This document shows, one piece after another, positions 8,094 through 17,634 of a stretch of DNA of 64,000 nucleotides (its first letter is position 1; each line of letters starts with the position of its first letter). Source of the DNA: Vulcanimicrobiota bacterium. GTDB taxonomy: Bacteria; Vulcanimicrobiota; Vulcanimicrobiia; Vulcanimicrobiales; Vulcanimicrobiaceae. Made by a program: the position numbers and the translations under genes. The notes under the pieces were generated by a model. The model saw only the letters and a list, made by a program, of their open reading frames with translations. It was not told the DNA's origin and made no database searches. The stretch lies in NCBI GenBank assembly GCA_963699205.1, contig OY969421.1, positions 1,624,427 to 1,688,426 of the forward strand, given 5' to 3'.

Positions 8094-10695
8094 CCGCTGC
8101 GATCGGTTCGACGTCGTACCAGTTGTGACCCGATTTCAGCGTGACCTCCAGCGGCACGGTAAGACCGATCGCGTCTTCCATGTGCTCGCGTACGAGCGCG
8201 GCGACGTCGTGCAATGCAGACTTTTTCACTTCAAAAATCAGCTCGTCGTGGATTTGCAGGAGCATAGCGGCGTCGTCGCCGCGAGCTCCGAGCGCTCGAT
8301 CGATGCGCACCATGGCGAGTTTCATGAGATCGGCGGCACTGCCTTGCAGCGGCGCGTTTGTGGCTTCGCGTTCGGCCGCGGCACGCAACAGGTAGTTCCC
8401 CGACCGCAATGCCGGCATGTACCGGCGACGCCCCAGGATGGTCGCGACATATCCGGTTTCACGAGCCTCGTGGAGGGTGGCATCGATCCATTCGCGCACT
8501 CGAGGAAACCGATCGAAGTACGCCGCCGTCATCGCCTTCGCCTCAGACCGGCCGATCTCGAGCCGCGCCGCCAGCCCGAAATCCGACATACCGTACAAGA
8601 GACCAAAGTTTACGATCTTGGCCATGCGTCGCTGCTCGCGATCGACGCGGACCTCCGGGGGGACGCTGAAGATTTGACGTGCGGTGAAATCGTGAATGTC
8701 CGTTTGTTCCTCGAAGGCTCGGCGCATCGCTTCGTCGCCCGAAAGATGCGCCATCAGCCGTAGTTCGATTTGACTGTAGTCGGCGGCCAATAGCACGTAT
8801 TCGTCGTCGCGGGCGACGAACGCGCGGCGAATCCGGCGTCCAAGTTCCCCGCGTACCGGAATGTTTTGCAAATTGGGATTCGTCGAGGAAAGCCTGCCGG
8901 TTGCCGTAGCGGTCTGTTTGAACTCCGTTCGCAATCGTCCGTCGCGCTGGTCGACCAAACGCGGTATGACGTCAACGTAGGTGTTTTTGAGTTTGGTGAC
9001 TTCGCGCCATTCGAGCACGAGCGCGCAAATCGGATACTCGCGCGCGAGACTTTGGAGCACCTCGACCCCCGTCGCCCATCCGGTTTTCGTTTTCTTGGAC
9101 CCGGGGATTTCCAGTTTCCCAAACAGCACGTTGCCGAGTTGCTGCGGAGAACCGATATTGAATTCTTCGCCGGCAAAGTCGTAAATTTGCCGTTGCAGCC
9201 GCATGACGGCACGGTCTATTTCGCCGCCGACGACGTCCAACTCACTGGGATCGATGGTTACGCCGGTGGTTTCCATTTTCGCCAGGACGGGCGACAGCGG
9301 CACTTCCACTCGTTCATACAGCGACAACTGTTCTCTGTTCTCGAGCTCGCTGCGCGTCTTTGCGGTCAGTTGCAGCGTCGCATCGGCGTGGGCGGCGGCT
9401 TCGGGGGGAAGGTGCACTCCCAAAAACTGGACTGCGGCATCTTCGATGTCGGCGAAGCCTTGTGCGGGATCGAGAAGGTGGGCCGCGACCATGGCATCGT
9501 CCGTAAACCTCGCACGCCCGATTTCATGTCTTTCGAACAAACGCAACATTCGCTTGGTGTCGTACGCCGCCAAGGACCTTGCGCCGCCGACCAGTTCGGC
9601 GAGCGCGGCGCGAACCGGATCCGACGAAAGCGCCGCGCGATTGAAACTGAGCCCTTCACCGGCACTCGCACTCACCCCGATGGCATCGCCGAGCGACGCG
9701 ATCGCGACGCGTTCCGCCACGGAGAGTCTTTTCAGATCTTCTGCGAGCGCGATGAACTCGGGCGGATCGGTCGACACGACGTAGCTTCGATATGTACCGC
9801 TCAGCAGCGCGTCGGGCTGTAAGAGCGGAACATCTTTGGGCGGCGCAAGTTTGCTCAACAAAGTCTTGAACTCGAGTTCGCTGTAGAGCCGGTAGAGTTC
9901 GCCGTCGCCGGGCGTCGCGTAGCGGACGCTTTCCAAATCCAACGTAACCGGAAGATCGCGGCGAACGATCGAGACCGCGCGGCATAGGCAGGCCTGCTCG
10001 CCGTATTCTCGGATGAGACGCTCCAGTTTTGCATTCCCCGCGAGCGACGGATCCGCAACCAGCGCGTCAAGGGAACCGGCGCCTTGCAAGAGGCGGCTGG
10101 CCGTCTTTTCCCCGACGCCGGGAATGCCCGGCAGATTGTCGGATGGATCGCCCTTGAGCCCGCGGTAATCCGGGAGTTGCGATGGCTCCAAGCCGAAGCG
10201 CTCACGCACCGCCTCGGTATCGTAGCGACCCAGCTCCGTAATGCCACGGCGCGTGGTAAGCACGGTGGTACGCTCGTTGACGATCTGTAACAGATCGAGG
10301 TCGCCCGTGACGACGATCGTCGCCTCTCCTGATTCCTCGGCCTGACGCGCGAGCGTTGCGATAACGTCGTCCGCTTCCTGGCCCTCCACTTCGACGATTG
10401 GAATGCGATGCGTCTCGAGCACCCGGCGCACGATCGCGAATTGACTGCGCAAGTCGTCGGGCATGGTGCGCCGCTGCGCTTTGTATTGGGCAAACTGAGA
10501 AAGGCGATCGGCGGGCATGCCTTTGTCGAACGCGGCAATGATGTGGGTGGGCTTCTCGTCGGCAATGAGTTTGTTGAGCATCATCGTGAAGCCGTAAACC
10601 GCGTTAATCGGCGCGCCTTTGCTCGTGTTCAGGGGCGGTAAAGCAAAAAAGGCTCGGTAAACCAAGCCATAGGTATCCAACAACATCAACGCCAC
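8074..10695 (-). CDS. polA: DNA polymerase I
   Basis: 873 aa. 5'-nuclease N-terminus (LLDTYGLVYRAFFAL). Pol A motifs DYSQIELR, RRMAKIVNFGLLYG, QIHDELIFE. Confidence 0.95.
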   Translation of the reverse strand: MALMLLDTYGLVYRAFFALPPLNTSKGAPINAVYGFTMMLNKLIADEKPTHIIAAFDKGMPADRLSQFAQYKAQRRTMPDDLRSQFAIVRRVLETHRIPIVEVEGQEADDVIATLARQAEESGEATIVVTGDLDLLQIVNERTTVLTTRRGITELGRYDTEAVRERFGLEPSQLPDYRGLKGDPSDNLPGIPGVGEKTASRLLQGAGSLDALVADPSLAGNAKLERLIREYGEQACLCRAVSIVRRDLPVTLDLESVRYATPGDGELYRLYSELEFKTLLSKLAPPKDVPLLQPDALLSGTYRSYVVSTDPPEFIALAEDLKRLSVAERVAIASLGDAIGVSASAGEGLSFNRAALSSDPVRAALAELVGGARSLAAYDTKRMLRLFERHEIGRARFTDDAMVAAHLLDPAQGFADIEDAAVQFLGVHLPPEAAAHADATLQLTAKTRSELENREQLSLYERVEVPLSPVLAKMETTGVTIDPSELDVVGGEIDRAVMRLQRQIYDFAGEEFNIGSPQQLGNVLFGKLEIPGSKKTKTGWATGVEVLQSLAREYPICALVLEWREVTKLKNTYVDVIPRLVDQRDGRLRTEFKQTATATGRLSSTNPNLQNIPVRGELGRRIRRAFVARDDEYVLLAADYSQIELRLMAHLSGDEAMRRAFEEQTDIHDFTARQIFSVPPEVRVDREQRRMAKIVNFGLLYGMSDFGLAARLEIGRSEAKAMTAAYFDRFPRVREWIDATLHEARETGYVATILGRRRYMPALRSGNYLLRAAAEREATNAPLQGSAADLMKLAMVRIDRALGARGDDAAMLLQIHDELIFEVKKSALHDVAALVREHMEDAIGLTVPLEVTLKSGHNWYDVEPIAADALERV

Positions 10696-10708
10696 GGCAA
10701 GAAAGTTC

Positions 10709-13057
10709 CTATCGAACCAGAATCGTTGAGGAACCCGCGGCGACGCTGCCGTCGTCGCAGATTGCCAAAATGGAAAGCGTGTATTCTCCCTTCGTTTGCG
10801 GCAGCGTGATCGGTATCGCGTCCGTGCTGGTACGAACCGCAGTCCACGTCAACGACTCCGTATACGCCTCCGGCAGCGAAACGTCGATGGGCGGTTGACT
10901 CCGGCGCACGAAGCCGAGCATCGCAGCGTGATCTCCCGTCGAGTTGACCCCGGGATGCCACGTCGGCGTTGCAGAGGCGCTGTTTTGCGTCGTCGCCGAT
11001 CCGATGGACAAGAGCGCGGGAGCGGAGCCGAACATCGCGCTCCCGGATGGCGCAACTCGACTGATGCGCACGACCGTGGTCGCGCGTTGGTTTGTGCCGT
11101 CGAGGCCGATCGTGGCGGCGGCGCCGGCCGCGAACTCCGAGCGCCCTAACGCGACGCGGGAAGTCTCCGGGCGCCCCGCGGCAGACAGTGCGACCGGCAC
11201 GGTATTCCATTCGATCGCGCCGTTGCGGACGACTGCGGTCCCTATGCGAAGATCGCCGGCGGCATTGAACGCGCGCAAACGAGCGACCGCCTCTCCCCGG
11301 GCGACCGGAACGACTTGAACTTGCGTACCTACCGCGCTCTCGAAACTGATAAAAGCCTTACCTTGAGCGCCCGATGCATCGGCGCGGATCGTCATCGTCT
11401 CGTTCGCTCGATACGCGTCCTTATCGAGCGCGATTCGAACGTTGGAACTGCGCCCATCGGTGGATCCCGACGGTGCCGCAGGATCGACCTGAACCTGTGC
11501 CGCGTCCATCGCGCGGCCGCCGTGGTCGAGCGTGGCCAACACCAGATTCGTCCCGAGTTGCGGCGAGCTAAAGTTTGCGCGCGCGCGTCCGCCCGAATCC
11601 AGCATAATGGTTTGCTGCGCGACGGTGGTTCCGTGCACCAACTGCACGGTAACGGGAGCGTTGGCCAACGGGCGCCCATCGCGACCGACCGCTTCGACGT
11701 CAAACGCAATCGGCGTGCCGACGCCCTGCTCGGCGCGGTCGACCTGCACGCGCAAAATCGCATCTGCGGTTGGGACGATCGCGCGCGTATCGGCGGTGGC
11801 ACCCTGCGCTTCCACGTGCACGCCATAGGTAGAAGCAAGACCGTCGGTCGGCCGCGGCACGAGAACGGTTGCGTCGCCGCGGTCATCGGTGCGAATAGAG
11901 GTTTCGAACCAACGCGTCGTTCCCCACGCGAGCGTTTGCGGTGAATCCGAAAGGTCGATGTGCGGCGAGCGAAAGACGCTCAGTTGCACCACGGTACCCG
12001 CGTGAGAAGCATGTACCCGCAGGGGGAGCTCTTCACGATAGTCGCACGTCGTTGTGCAATTGGCGCCGACCTCGAGCGAAAGGCCGCCGGCATTGGCATC
12101 AACGTGAATCGTCGTGCCGCCCACGCCGCCTGCGGTTTGGGCCAAGACCGCATAGTCGCCCGCGGGCGCCTCGGCCGGGATCCTCAACGAGGCGACGAAC
12201 GCACCGGCTTCATCGAGCGAGGCTCGCCATTGCGCAATCGTTCGCGCGCCCGCATGAACCGTGATGAGCGCGCTTCCGCCGGATGGGCGAAGAATGCCGC
12301 GCACTCGCGTACGTGCGAAACCCGCGACGTGGACCGCCTCGCCGGCGTGGACCACCGCGGAATCGGTGCGAACGCCCACGATCGTGGTCGGTAGCGGCGG
12401 TTGCGGCAACAAACTCAAAAAGGCGTAACTGCTTCCCCATTGCGCCAACGCGAAGACGGGATGCGCCGCGCGATTCCAGGAAACGACTCCATCGCCGTTG
12501 GTCAACATCGTTACGAACGCGCGATTAACGACGAACTCCACGCGCATGCGCGCGATCGGCATGCCGGTGCCCAAATCGGTGCCGTAAAGGATCAGGCTAT
12601 TTGGGGTTCCTTTCGCGAGAATACCGACGCGCGAGCGATTGATCCAGACTTGCTCGCCGACGTTGCCGCGCCGCGCTTCCACCACGAAAAAACCTTCTCG
12701 CGTACCGAGCGGCAGCGTAACTTCATTGGATTGGAACTGATATCCGCCGGGAGGATCGAACGTGAACGAAAGCAAGGCGCGCCGACCGTTCGTTCCGATC
12801 GGTCGGGACCGCGAATTCGATCCTGCTGAAAGGACTTCGCTTGGATCGGCCTGATAAATCGCAAATGCGACGGGCGCACTCGTATAGGTGTCCAAGCGAA
12901 CCGTAGCCGGCTTCCACGGCACGCTCGTATCGCCGGCAAACAGCGCGAAGTACGCATCGAGGCGGTGAAGATCGACGATCGGGCGTTCTGCATGCACAGG
13001 AGCGATACTCATTGCGAGAATCGCAGCCGCCGCGGCAAAAAAACGCGCGAGGTACAT
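10709..13057 (-). CDS. Large secreted protein with repeated beta-sandwich (Ig/macroglobulin-like) character; function unknown
   Basis: MYLARFFAAAAAILAMSIAPVHA signal peptide at the internal Met (13057). The Arg-rich 113-aa extension in the track is rejected. Val/Thr/Ala/Gly-rich repeats. No catalytic motif recognised. Confidence 0.6.
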   Translation of the reverse strand: MYLARFFAAAAAILAMSIAPVHAERPIVDLHRLDAYFALFAGDTSVPWKPATVRLDTYTSAPVAFAIYQADPSEVLSAGSNSRSRPIGTNGRRALLSFTFDPPGGYQFQSNEVTLPLGTREGFFVVEARRGNVGEQVWINRSRVGILAKGTPNSLILYGTDLGTGMPIARMRVEFVVNRAFVTMLTNGDGVVSWNRAAHPVFALAQWGSSYAFLSLLPQPPLPTTIVGVRTDSAVVHAGEAVHVAGFARTRVRGILRPSGGSALITVHAGARTIAQWRASLDEAGAFVASLRIPAEAPAGDYAVLAQTAGGVGGTTIHVDANAGGLSLEVGANCTTTCDYREELPLRVHASHAGTVVQLSVFRSPHIDLSDSPQTLAWGTTRWFETSIRTDDRGDATVLVPRPTDGLASTYGVHVEAQGATADTRAIVPTADAILRVQVDRAEQGVGTPIAFDVEAVGRDGRPLANAPVTVQLVHGTTVAQQTIMLDSGGRARANFSSPQLGTNLVLATLDHGGRAMDAAQVQVDPAAPSGSTDGRSSNVRIALDKDAYRANETMTIRADASGAQGKAFISFESAVGTQVQVVPVARGEAVARLRAFNAAGDLRIGTAVVRNGAIEWNTVPVALSAAGRPETSRVALGRSEFAAGAAATIGLDGTNQRATTVVRISRVAPSGSAMFGSAPALLSIGSATTQNSASATPTWHPGVNSTGDHAAMLGFVRRSQPPIDVSLPEAYTESLTWTAVRTSTDAIPITLPQTKGEYTLSILAICDDGSVAAGSSTILVR

Positions 13058-13249
13058 GCCGCGCTGCTGCTTCGGCAGGGTGTAGTACGAAGCCCGCGTA
13101 AAGCGCCGGTGTGGACGAAGAAGCATCGAGCGAGCATCCGACCTCGACGCGCTGCCGCTTCTGTGGCTTCGAGGAAGATCGCAGCGACGTGAAAGCGACC
13201 CGTGATAAGAATCATCTCCAAGTGGTCGTTGCCTGTGGGTCGTGCGGCC

Positions 13250-13849
13250 ATGCCTTCGCGGTCCTGTCGCGTAATTAAGGTCCGTAAAGTTTCTGTGAAA
13301 CGCATCACGTGCTTCGCGGCGTCGCTCGTTGCGGCAATGGCCATCTCGGCATCGCCGCTGGCCGCTGCTCCGACGCCAAAGCCGTCCGTGGCCCATCCGT
13401 CACCGATCCACTTACCGGCGATCGGGCTGCACAGCGAAGTGGTCGTTGAAGTCAACAAAAAAGGACAAGTGGTTCGCGTCAAATCGACCAAGCCGAGCAA
13501 AGTGCGGTCCTTCAACGTCCAAACGTTCGGGAATGCGTTGCAGATGTGGATCCGTAAACCGGACGGGACCGCGCAAGTCGGTCTCTATCGAATAACCTAC
13601 GATTACAATCCCAAGACGACCGGCGTAACGCGTCACGTGTCCCTCGTCTCCGCCGGCGGCAGTTGGGCCAACGACGAAGGCGCCGCCAACGTCATGATCG
13701 GCATCGCTCACAAACAAGCGCTCGAGATGCAAAAGGCGGCGTTGGAAGCGGCCAAAAAGCAGCAAGAGCGCAACGCAAAACTTCCTTCGCTGAACGAAAT
13801 CCGGGGAGTTCATCCAAGCGCGAGCCCAAAGCAAACGCTTCCGCCGTAG
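13250..13849 (+). CDS. Hypothetical secreted protein
   Basis: Basic n-region followed by FAASLVAAMAISASPLAAAP, a signal-like segment. Lys/Gln/Ala-rich C-terminal helix. Start is uncertain (ATG 13250 or GTG 13295). Confidence 0.5.
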   Translation: MPSRSCRVIKVRKVSVKRITCFAASLVAAMAISASPLAAAPTPKPSVAHPSPIHLPAIGLHSEVVVEVNKKGQVVRVKSTKPSKVRSFNVQTFGNALQMWIRKPDGTAQVGLYRITYDYNPKTTGVTRHVSLVSAGGSWANDEGAANVMIGIAHKQALEMQKAALEAAKKQQERNAKLPSLNEIRGVHPSASPKQTLPP

Positions 13850-13865
13850 CGCGCAGCCCTAGACT

Positions 13866-14714
13866 TTGAAGTACGTCACCTATCGATCGGCGCAAGGACG
13901 ATCGCGGCCGGGCGTCGTCGAGGGGACGGCGATTCGTACGATTGCCACCGGCACGCTGCGCCAGTATATCGCCCTTGCACCGCACGAGCGCATCGCCTGG
14001 CATTCTTCCGATGCACTGATTCCGCTCGGCGATGTGGCGCTCGAGGCGCCCGTCCTTCCACCGCGCAACGTCTTCTGCGTCGGGCGCAATTACGTCGAAC
14101 ACGCGCGCGAAGGAGCGCGCGCCGCCGGCCGAGAGTTGCGCCTTCCCGCCGTTCCAACGTTCTTCACGAAGGCGTCGACCTCGGTCGCCGCGCCGGACTG
14201 CGAACTGCATCTCGACGCGCGGATATCGTCGGAGTACGATTTTGAAGCCGAACTCGCAATCGTCATCGGCGTGCGATGCAAAGACGTTTCGGAAAGGGAA
14301 GCGCCGCACGTCGTCTTTGGATATACGGCATTGAACGATATCACCGCGCGCGATCTACAGCGCGCACACGGGCAGTGGTTCAAAGGTAAAAGCCTCGACC
14401 AGACGTGTCCGATTGGACCCTGGATCGTCACGCCCGAAGAGATCGGCGATCCTGCGTCACTCGATTTGAAATGCTACGTGAACTCGGTTCGAAAGCAACA
14501 CGCCAACACGGCGGCGATGATATTTTCCATCCCGCGGCTGATCGCGGAATTGTCGAAGGGACTCACCTTACTACCGGGCGACGTCATTGCGACCGGAACG
14601 CCCGAGGGGGTAGGCTTTGCACGTACGCCACCCGAGTTTTTGGCCGATGGTGACGTGCTCGACGTCCACATCGAGCGCATCGGTCATCTGACAAACACCG
14701 TGCGCATCGGCTAG
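13866..14714 (+). CDS. Fumarylacetoacetate hydrolase (FAH) family protein
   Basis: FCVGRNYVEHAREG, DFEAELAIVIG, GYTALNDITARDLQ, PGDVIATGTPEGVG. TTG start. Confidence 0.85.
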   Translation: MKYVTYRSAQGRSRPGVVEGTAIRTIATGTLRQYIALAPHERIAWHSSDALIPLGDVALEAPVLPPRNVFCVGRNYVEHAREGARAAGRELRLPAVPTFFTKASTSVAAPDCELHLDARISSEYDFEAELAIVIGVRCKDVSEREAPHVVFGYTALNDITARDLQRAHGQWFKGKSLDQTCPIGPWIVTPEEIGDPASLDLKCYVNSVRKQHANTAAMIFSIPRLIAELSKGLTLLPGDVIATGTPEGVGFARTPPEFLADGDVLDVHIERIGHLTNTVRIG

Positions 14715-14819
14715 CAACCGGTAACCGGGGTTCGAAGGGTTGCGGCGACCGCCATCGGGGCGCCGGTTCGCAGTCGCCGGAGTAGGAGTCGGTTATTTTT
14801 CGAACGTATGCACGGGAAC

Positions 14820-15938
14820 ATGGTAATCGGCGTTCCGCGTGAGAACGCGGCTAAGGAGCGCCGCGTATCGCTCGTGCCCGAGACGGTTACGCGTTTGACC
14901 AAAGCCGACGCCGAGGTGCGAGTGCAGCGTGGCGCCGGCGAGCCCGCGGCATTTCCGGATTCCGTCTATCGCGACGCGGGCGCCACGTTTGCGGACGATG
15001 CACACGCGCTTGCGCAAGCCAGCGACGTTTTCGTCTCGGTCGGCCGGCCCAACGACGACGCGCTCGCACGTTTGCGCTCCGGCAGCGTCGTCGTGGGATT
15101 CTTGAATCCACTGGGCGACCCCGCATACCTACAGCGGCTTGCGGGTGCAAACGTTACGGCGATAGCCATCGAGATGATACCACGGATCACGCGAGCGCAG
15201 TCGATGGACGCGCTCTCGTCGCAGAGCAACATTGCCGGCTATAAAGCCGTCCTGCTGGCCGCATCGGCGTTACCGAAGTTCTTTCCGATGCTTACTACGG
15301 CGGCGGGGACGATTCGACCGGCGAAAGTACTCGTGCTCGGCGCCGGCGTTGCCGGACTGCAAGCGATCGCGACGGCCCGGCGGTTAGGTGCCGTGGTGAG
15401 CGGTTACGACGTACGCGCCGTCGTCAAAGAACAAGTACTGTCGCTCGGCGCGCACTTCCTCGAGTTCGACCTCGGCGCTGACGCGGAGGGAACGGGTGGA
15501 TACGCGAAGGAGTTAACTTCCGAGCAACAAGAGCGCCAGCGCGCGTGGATGGTCGAGCAGATTGGCGCTAACGACGTCGTCATCACTACGGCGCTCGTTC
15601 CCGGAAGAAAAGCCCCCGTTCTGATCAGCGAGCTTGCCGTCGCGGCGATGAAGCCGGGCAGCGTCATCGTCGACATTGCCGCCGAAGCCGGCGGCAATTG
15701 CGCGCTCACCGTTGAGGACCAGACGATTACGTCGCCCAACGGCGTTACGATCGTTGGAACGACGAATCTCCCGAGCACGATGCCGGCCGACGCGAGCCGA
15801 TTGTACTCGCGCAACGTATATGCGCTGCTTTCTCCCTGGATGAAGGACGGCAAGTTGGAAATCGATATGAACGACGACGTCGCCAAAGGCGCCGTCGTGG
15901 TACGTGGCGGCGAAGTGCTGCTGGGCGGCGCCGCATGA
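14820..15938 (+). CDS. pntA: NAD(P) transhydrogenase subunit alpha part 1
   Basis: MVIGVPRENAAKERRVSLVPE N-terminus. Rossmann motif VLVLGAGVAGLQAI. An alternative start exists at 14808. Confidence 0.9.
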   Translation: MVIGVPRENAAKERRVSLVPETVTRLTKADAEVRVQRGAGEPAAFPDSVYRDAGATFADDAHALAQASDVFVSVGRPNDDALARLRSGSVVVGFLNPLGDPAYLQRLAGANVTAIAIEMIPRITRAQSMDALSSQSNIAGYKAVLLAASALPKFFPMLTTAAGTIRPAKVLVLGAGVAGLQAIATARRLGAVVSGYDVRAVVKEQVLSLGAHFLEFDLGADAEGTGGYAKELTSEQQERQRAWMVEQIGANDVVITTALVPGRKAPVLISELAVAAMKPGSVIVDIAAEAGGNCALTVEDQTITSPNGVTIVGTTNLPSTMPADASRLYSRNVYALLSPWMKDGKLEIDMNDDVAKGAVVVRGGEVLLGGAA

Positions 15939-16249
15939 TCGATATCGCGCATCTTATCCAACTCCTGACGGTGCTCGTTCTTGCGATCTTCGTCGGCTTC
16001 GAGGTAATTTCGAAAGTCCCGACGACGCTCCACACCCCCCTGATGTCGGCGACCAATGCAATCCACGGAATCGTGTTGGCCGGCGCCATCGTCATCGTCG
16101 CGGCATTGGCTGGTGCAGGCATCCATTCAACGATGTTGGATGTGCTGGCAATCGCCGCGGTGACGCTGGGGGCGATCAACGTCTTCGGCGGCTTTGCGGT
16201 CACCGAGCGTATGCTGCAGATGTTCCGTCGTAAGGAGAGCGGCAAGTGA
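15935..16249 (+). CDS. NAD(P) transhydrogenase subunit alpha part 2 (membrane)
   Basis: 104-aa three-TM protein with PLMSATNAIHGIV motif. Overlaps both neighbours by 4 nt. Confidence 0.85.
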   Translation: MIDIAHLIQLLTVLVLAIFVGFEVISKVPTTLHTPLMSATNAIHGIVLAGAIVIVAALAGAGIHSTMLDVLAIAAVTLGAINVFGGFAVTERMLQMFRRKESGK

Positions 16250-17634
16250 CCGTCGCGATCGACCTTGCCAATCTGCTGGCGATCGCGCTCTTCATCTACG
16301 GGCTTCACGAACTAAACTCGCCTGCCACCGCACGGCGCGGCAATCGCTTCGCCATGCTCGGCATGTTGATCGCGCTGGTCTTTATCTTGGTTCGCACCCA
16401 GGGAATCGGCTGGACCGCCGTCCTGATCGGCGTGGCGATCGGCGCAATCGTCGGCATCGTCGCCGCCCTGAAAGTAAAGATGACGGCCATGCCGCAGATG
16501 GTCGCGCTCTACAACGGCGCGGGCGGCGGCGCGGCGGCGTTGATTTCCACCGTCGAGCACTACGTGGCGCACGGTGCCGCGATGAACGATGTCATCGCGG
16601 TTTCGCTCGTTCTTTCGGCCATCATTGGAGCGGTGAGTTTCGCCGGTTCGATCATCGCGTTTCTCAAGCTGCAGGAAGTGATGACCGGACGTCCGGTGAC
16701 GTATCCCGGCCAGCAAATAGTCAACGCGCTCGTGCTGCTTGCAATCATCGCGCTGGCGGTCTGGTGTATCGTCACGCTCGGCGCGCTCCCGGCGTGGGGG
16801 TATGTCGCGTTGCTGCTCGGCGCGCTGCTGCTCGGCGTCCTATTCGTGTTACCCATCGGCGGCGCCGACATGCCGGTCGTGATATCGCTGCTCAACTCGT
16901 TCACCGGCGTCGCGGTGGCCATCACCGGTTTCGAAATCGATTCGACGCTGCTCATTATTTGCGGCGCCCTCGTCGGAGCGAGCGGAACGATTCTCACGGT
17001 TGCAATGAGCCGCGCGATGAACCGTCCGCTGACGAACGTGCTTTTCGGCGCGTTCGGCGCGAAAGGCGGTATGGAAGTTGCGGCGGCCGGCGGCGGCCCG
17101 CAACAAGTCCGCAGTGCCGGCGCCGACGACGTCGCGGTGATGCTCGCCTACGCGAACAAGGTGATCATCGTGCCCGGTTACGGCATGGCGGTAGCGCAGG
17201 CGCAGCACAGCGTCAAGGCATTGGCCGATCAACTGGAAAAACGCGGCGTCAAAGTGTTGTATGCGATTCATCCGGTCGCCGGCCGAATGCCGGGGCACAT
17301 GAACGTGCTGCTGGCCGAAGCGAACGTTCCGTACAATCAACTGCTCGACATGGAAGACGCCAATCCGGAGTTTCCGACCGCCGACGGGGCTTTGGTCATC
17401 GGCGCCAACGACGTGACGAACCCGGCGGCGCGCAACGTCGCGAGCTCGCCGATCTACGGCATGCCGATTTTGGACGTCGACAAAGCGGCCAACGTCGTGG
17501 TGCTGAAACGCTCGATGCGATCGGGCTTCGCCGGCATCGAAAATCCGCTCTACGAAATGCCCAACTGTTCCATGCTGTTCGGCGACGCGAAAGCCTCCGT
17601 CGACGCCCTTACGGCGGCCGTTAAAGCGTTGTAG
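16246..17634 (+). CDS. pntB: NAD(P) transhydrogenase subunit beta
   Basis: Multi-TM N-terminal half plus an NADP(H)-binding C-terminal domain (VIIVPGYGMAVAQAQ, AIHPVAGRMPGHMNVLLAEA). Confidence 0.9.
   Translation: MTVAIDLANLLAIALFIYGLHELNSPATARRGNRFAMLGMLIALVFILVRTQGIGWTAVLIGVAIGAIVGIVAALKVKMTAMPQMVALYNGAGGGAAALISTVEHYVAHGAAMNDVIAVSLVLSAIIGAVSFAGSIIAFLKLQEVMTGRPVTYPGQQIVNALVLLAIIALAVWCIVTLGALPAWGYVALLLGALLLGVLFVLPIGGADMPVVISLLNSFTGVAVAITGFEIDSTLLIICGALVGASGTILTVAMSRAMNRPLTNVLFGAFGAKGGMEVAAAGGGPQQVRSAGADDVAVMLAYANKVIIVPGYGMAVAQAQHSVKALADQLEKRGVKVLYAIHPVAGRMPGHMNVLLAEANVPYNQLLDMEDANPEFPTADGALVIGANDVTNPAARNVASSPIYGMPILDVDKAANVVVLKRSMRSGFAGIENPLYEMPNCSMLFGDAKASVDALTAAVKAL

Noticed and set aside
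13058-13396. N-terminal extensions of several track ORFs: 10709-13396, 27953-28834, 33222-34427, 36784-38202, 40546-42201, 48549-49472 and 3480-4214.
   Set aside because: The extensions are Arg-rich, overlap neighbouring genes or intergenic DNA, and precede obvious native N-termini (signal peptides or conserved start motifs) at internal Met or Val codons.
16194-17624. 476-aa ORF on the plus strand overlapping pntB in another frame.
   Set aside because: Extreme Arg/Gly/Ala/Asp composition with no motifs, typical of an out-of-frame ORF in GC-rich DNA. The overlapping frame encodes a textbook PntB.
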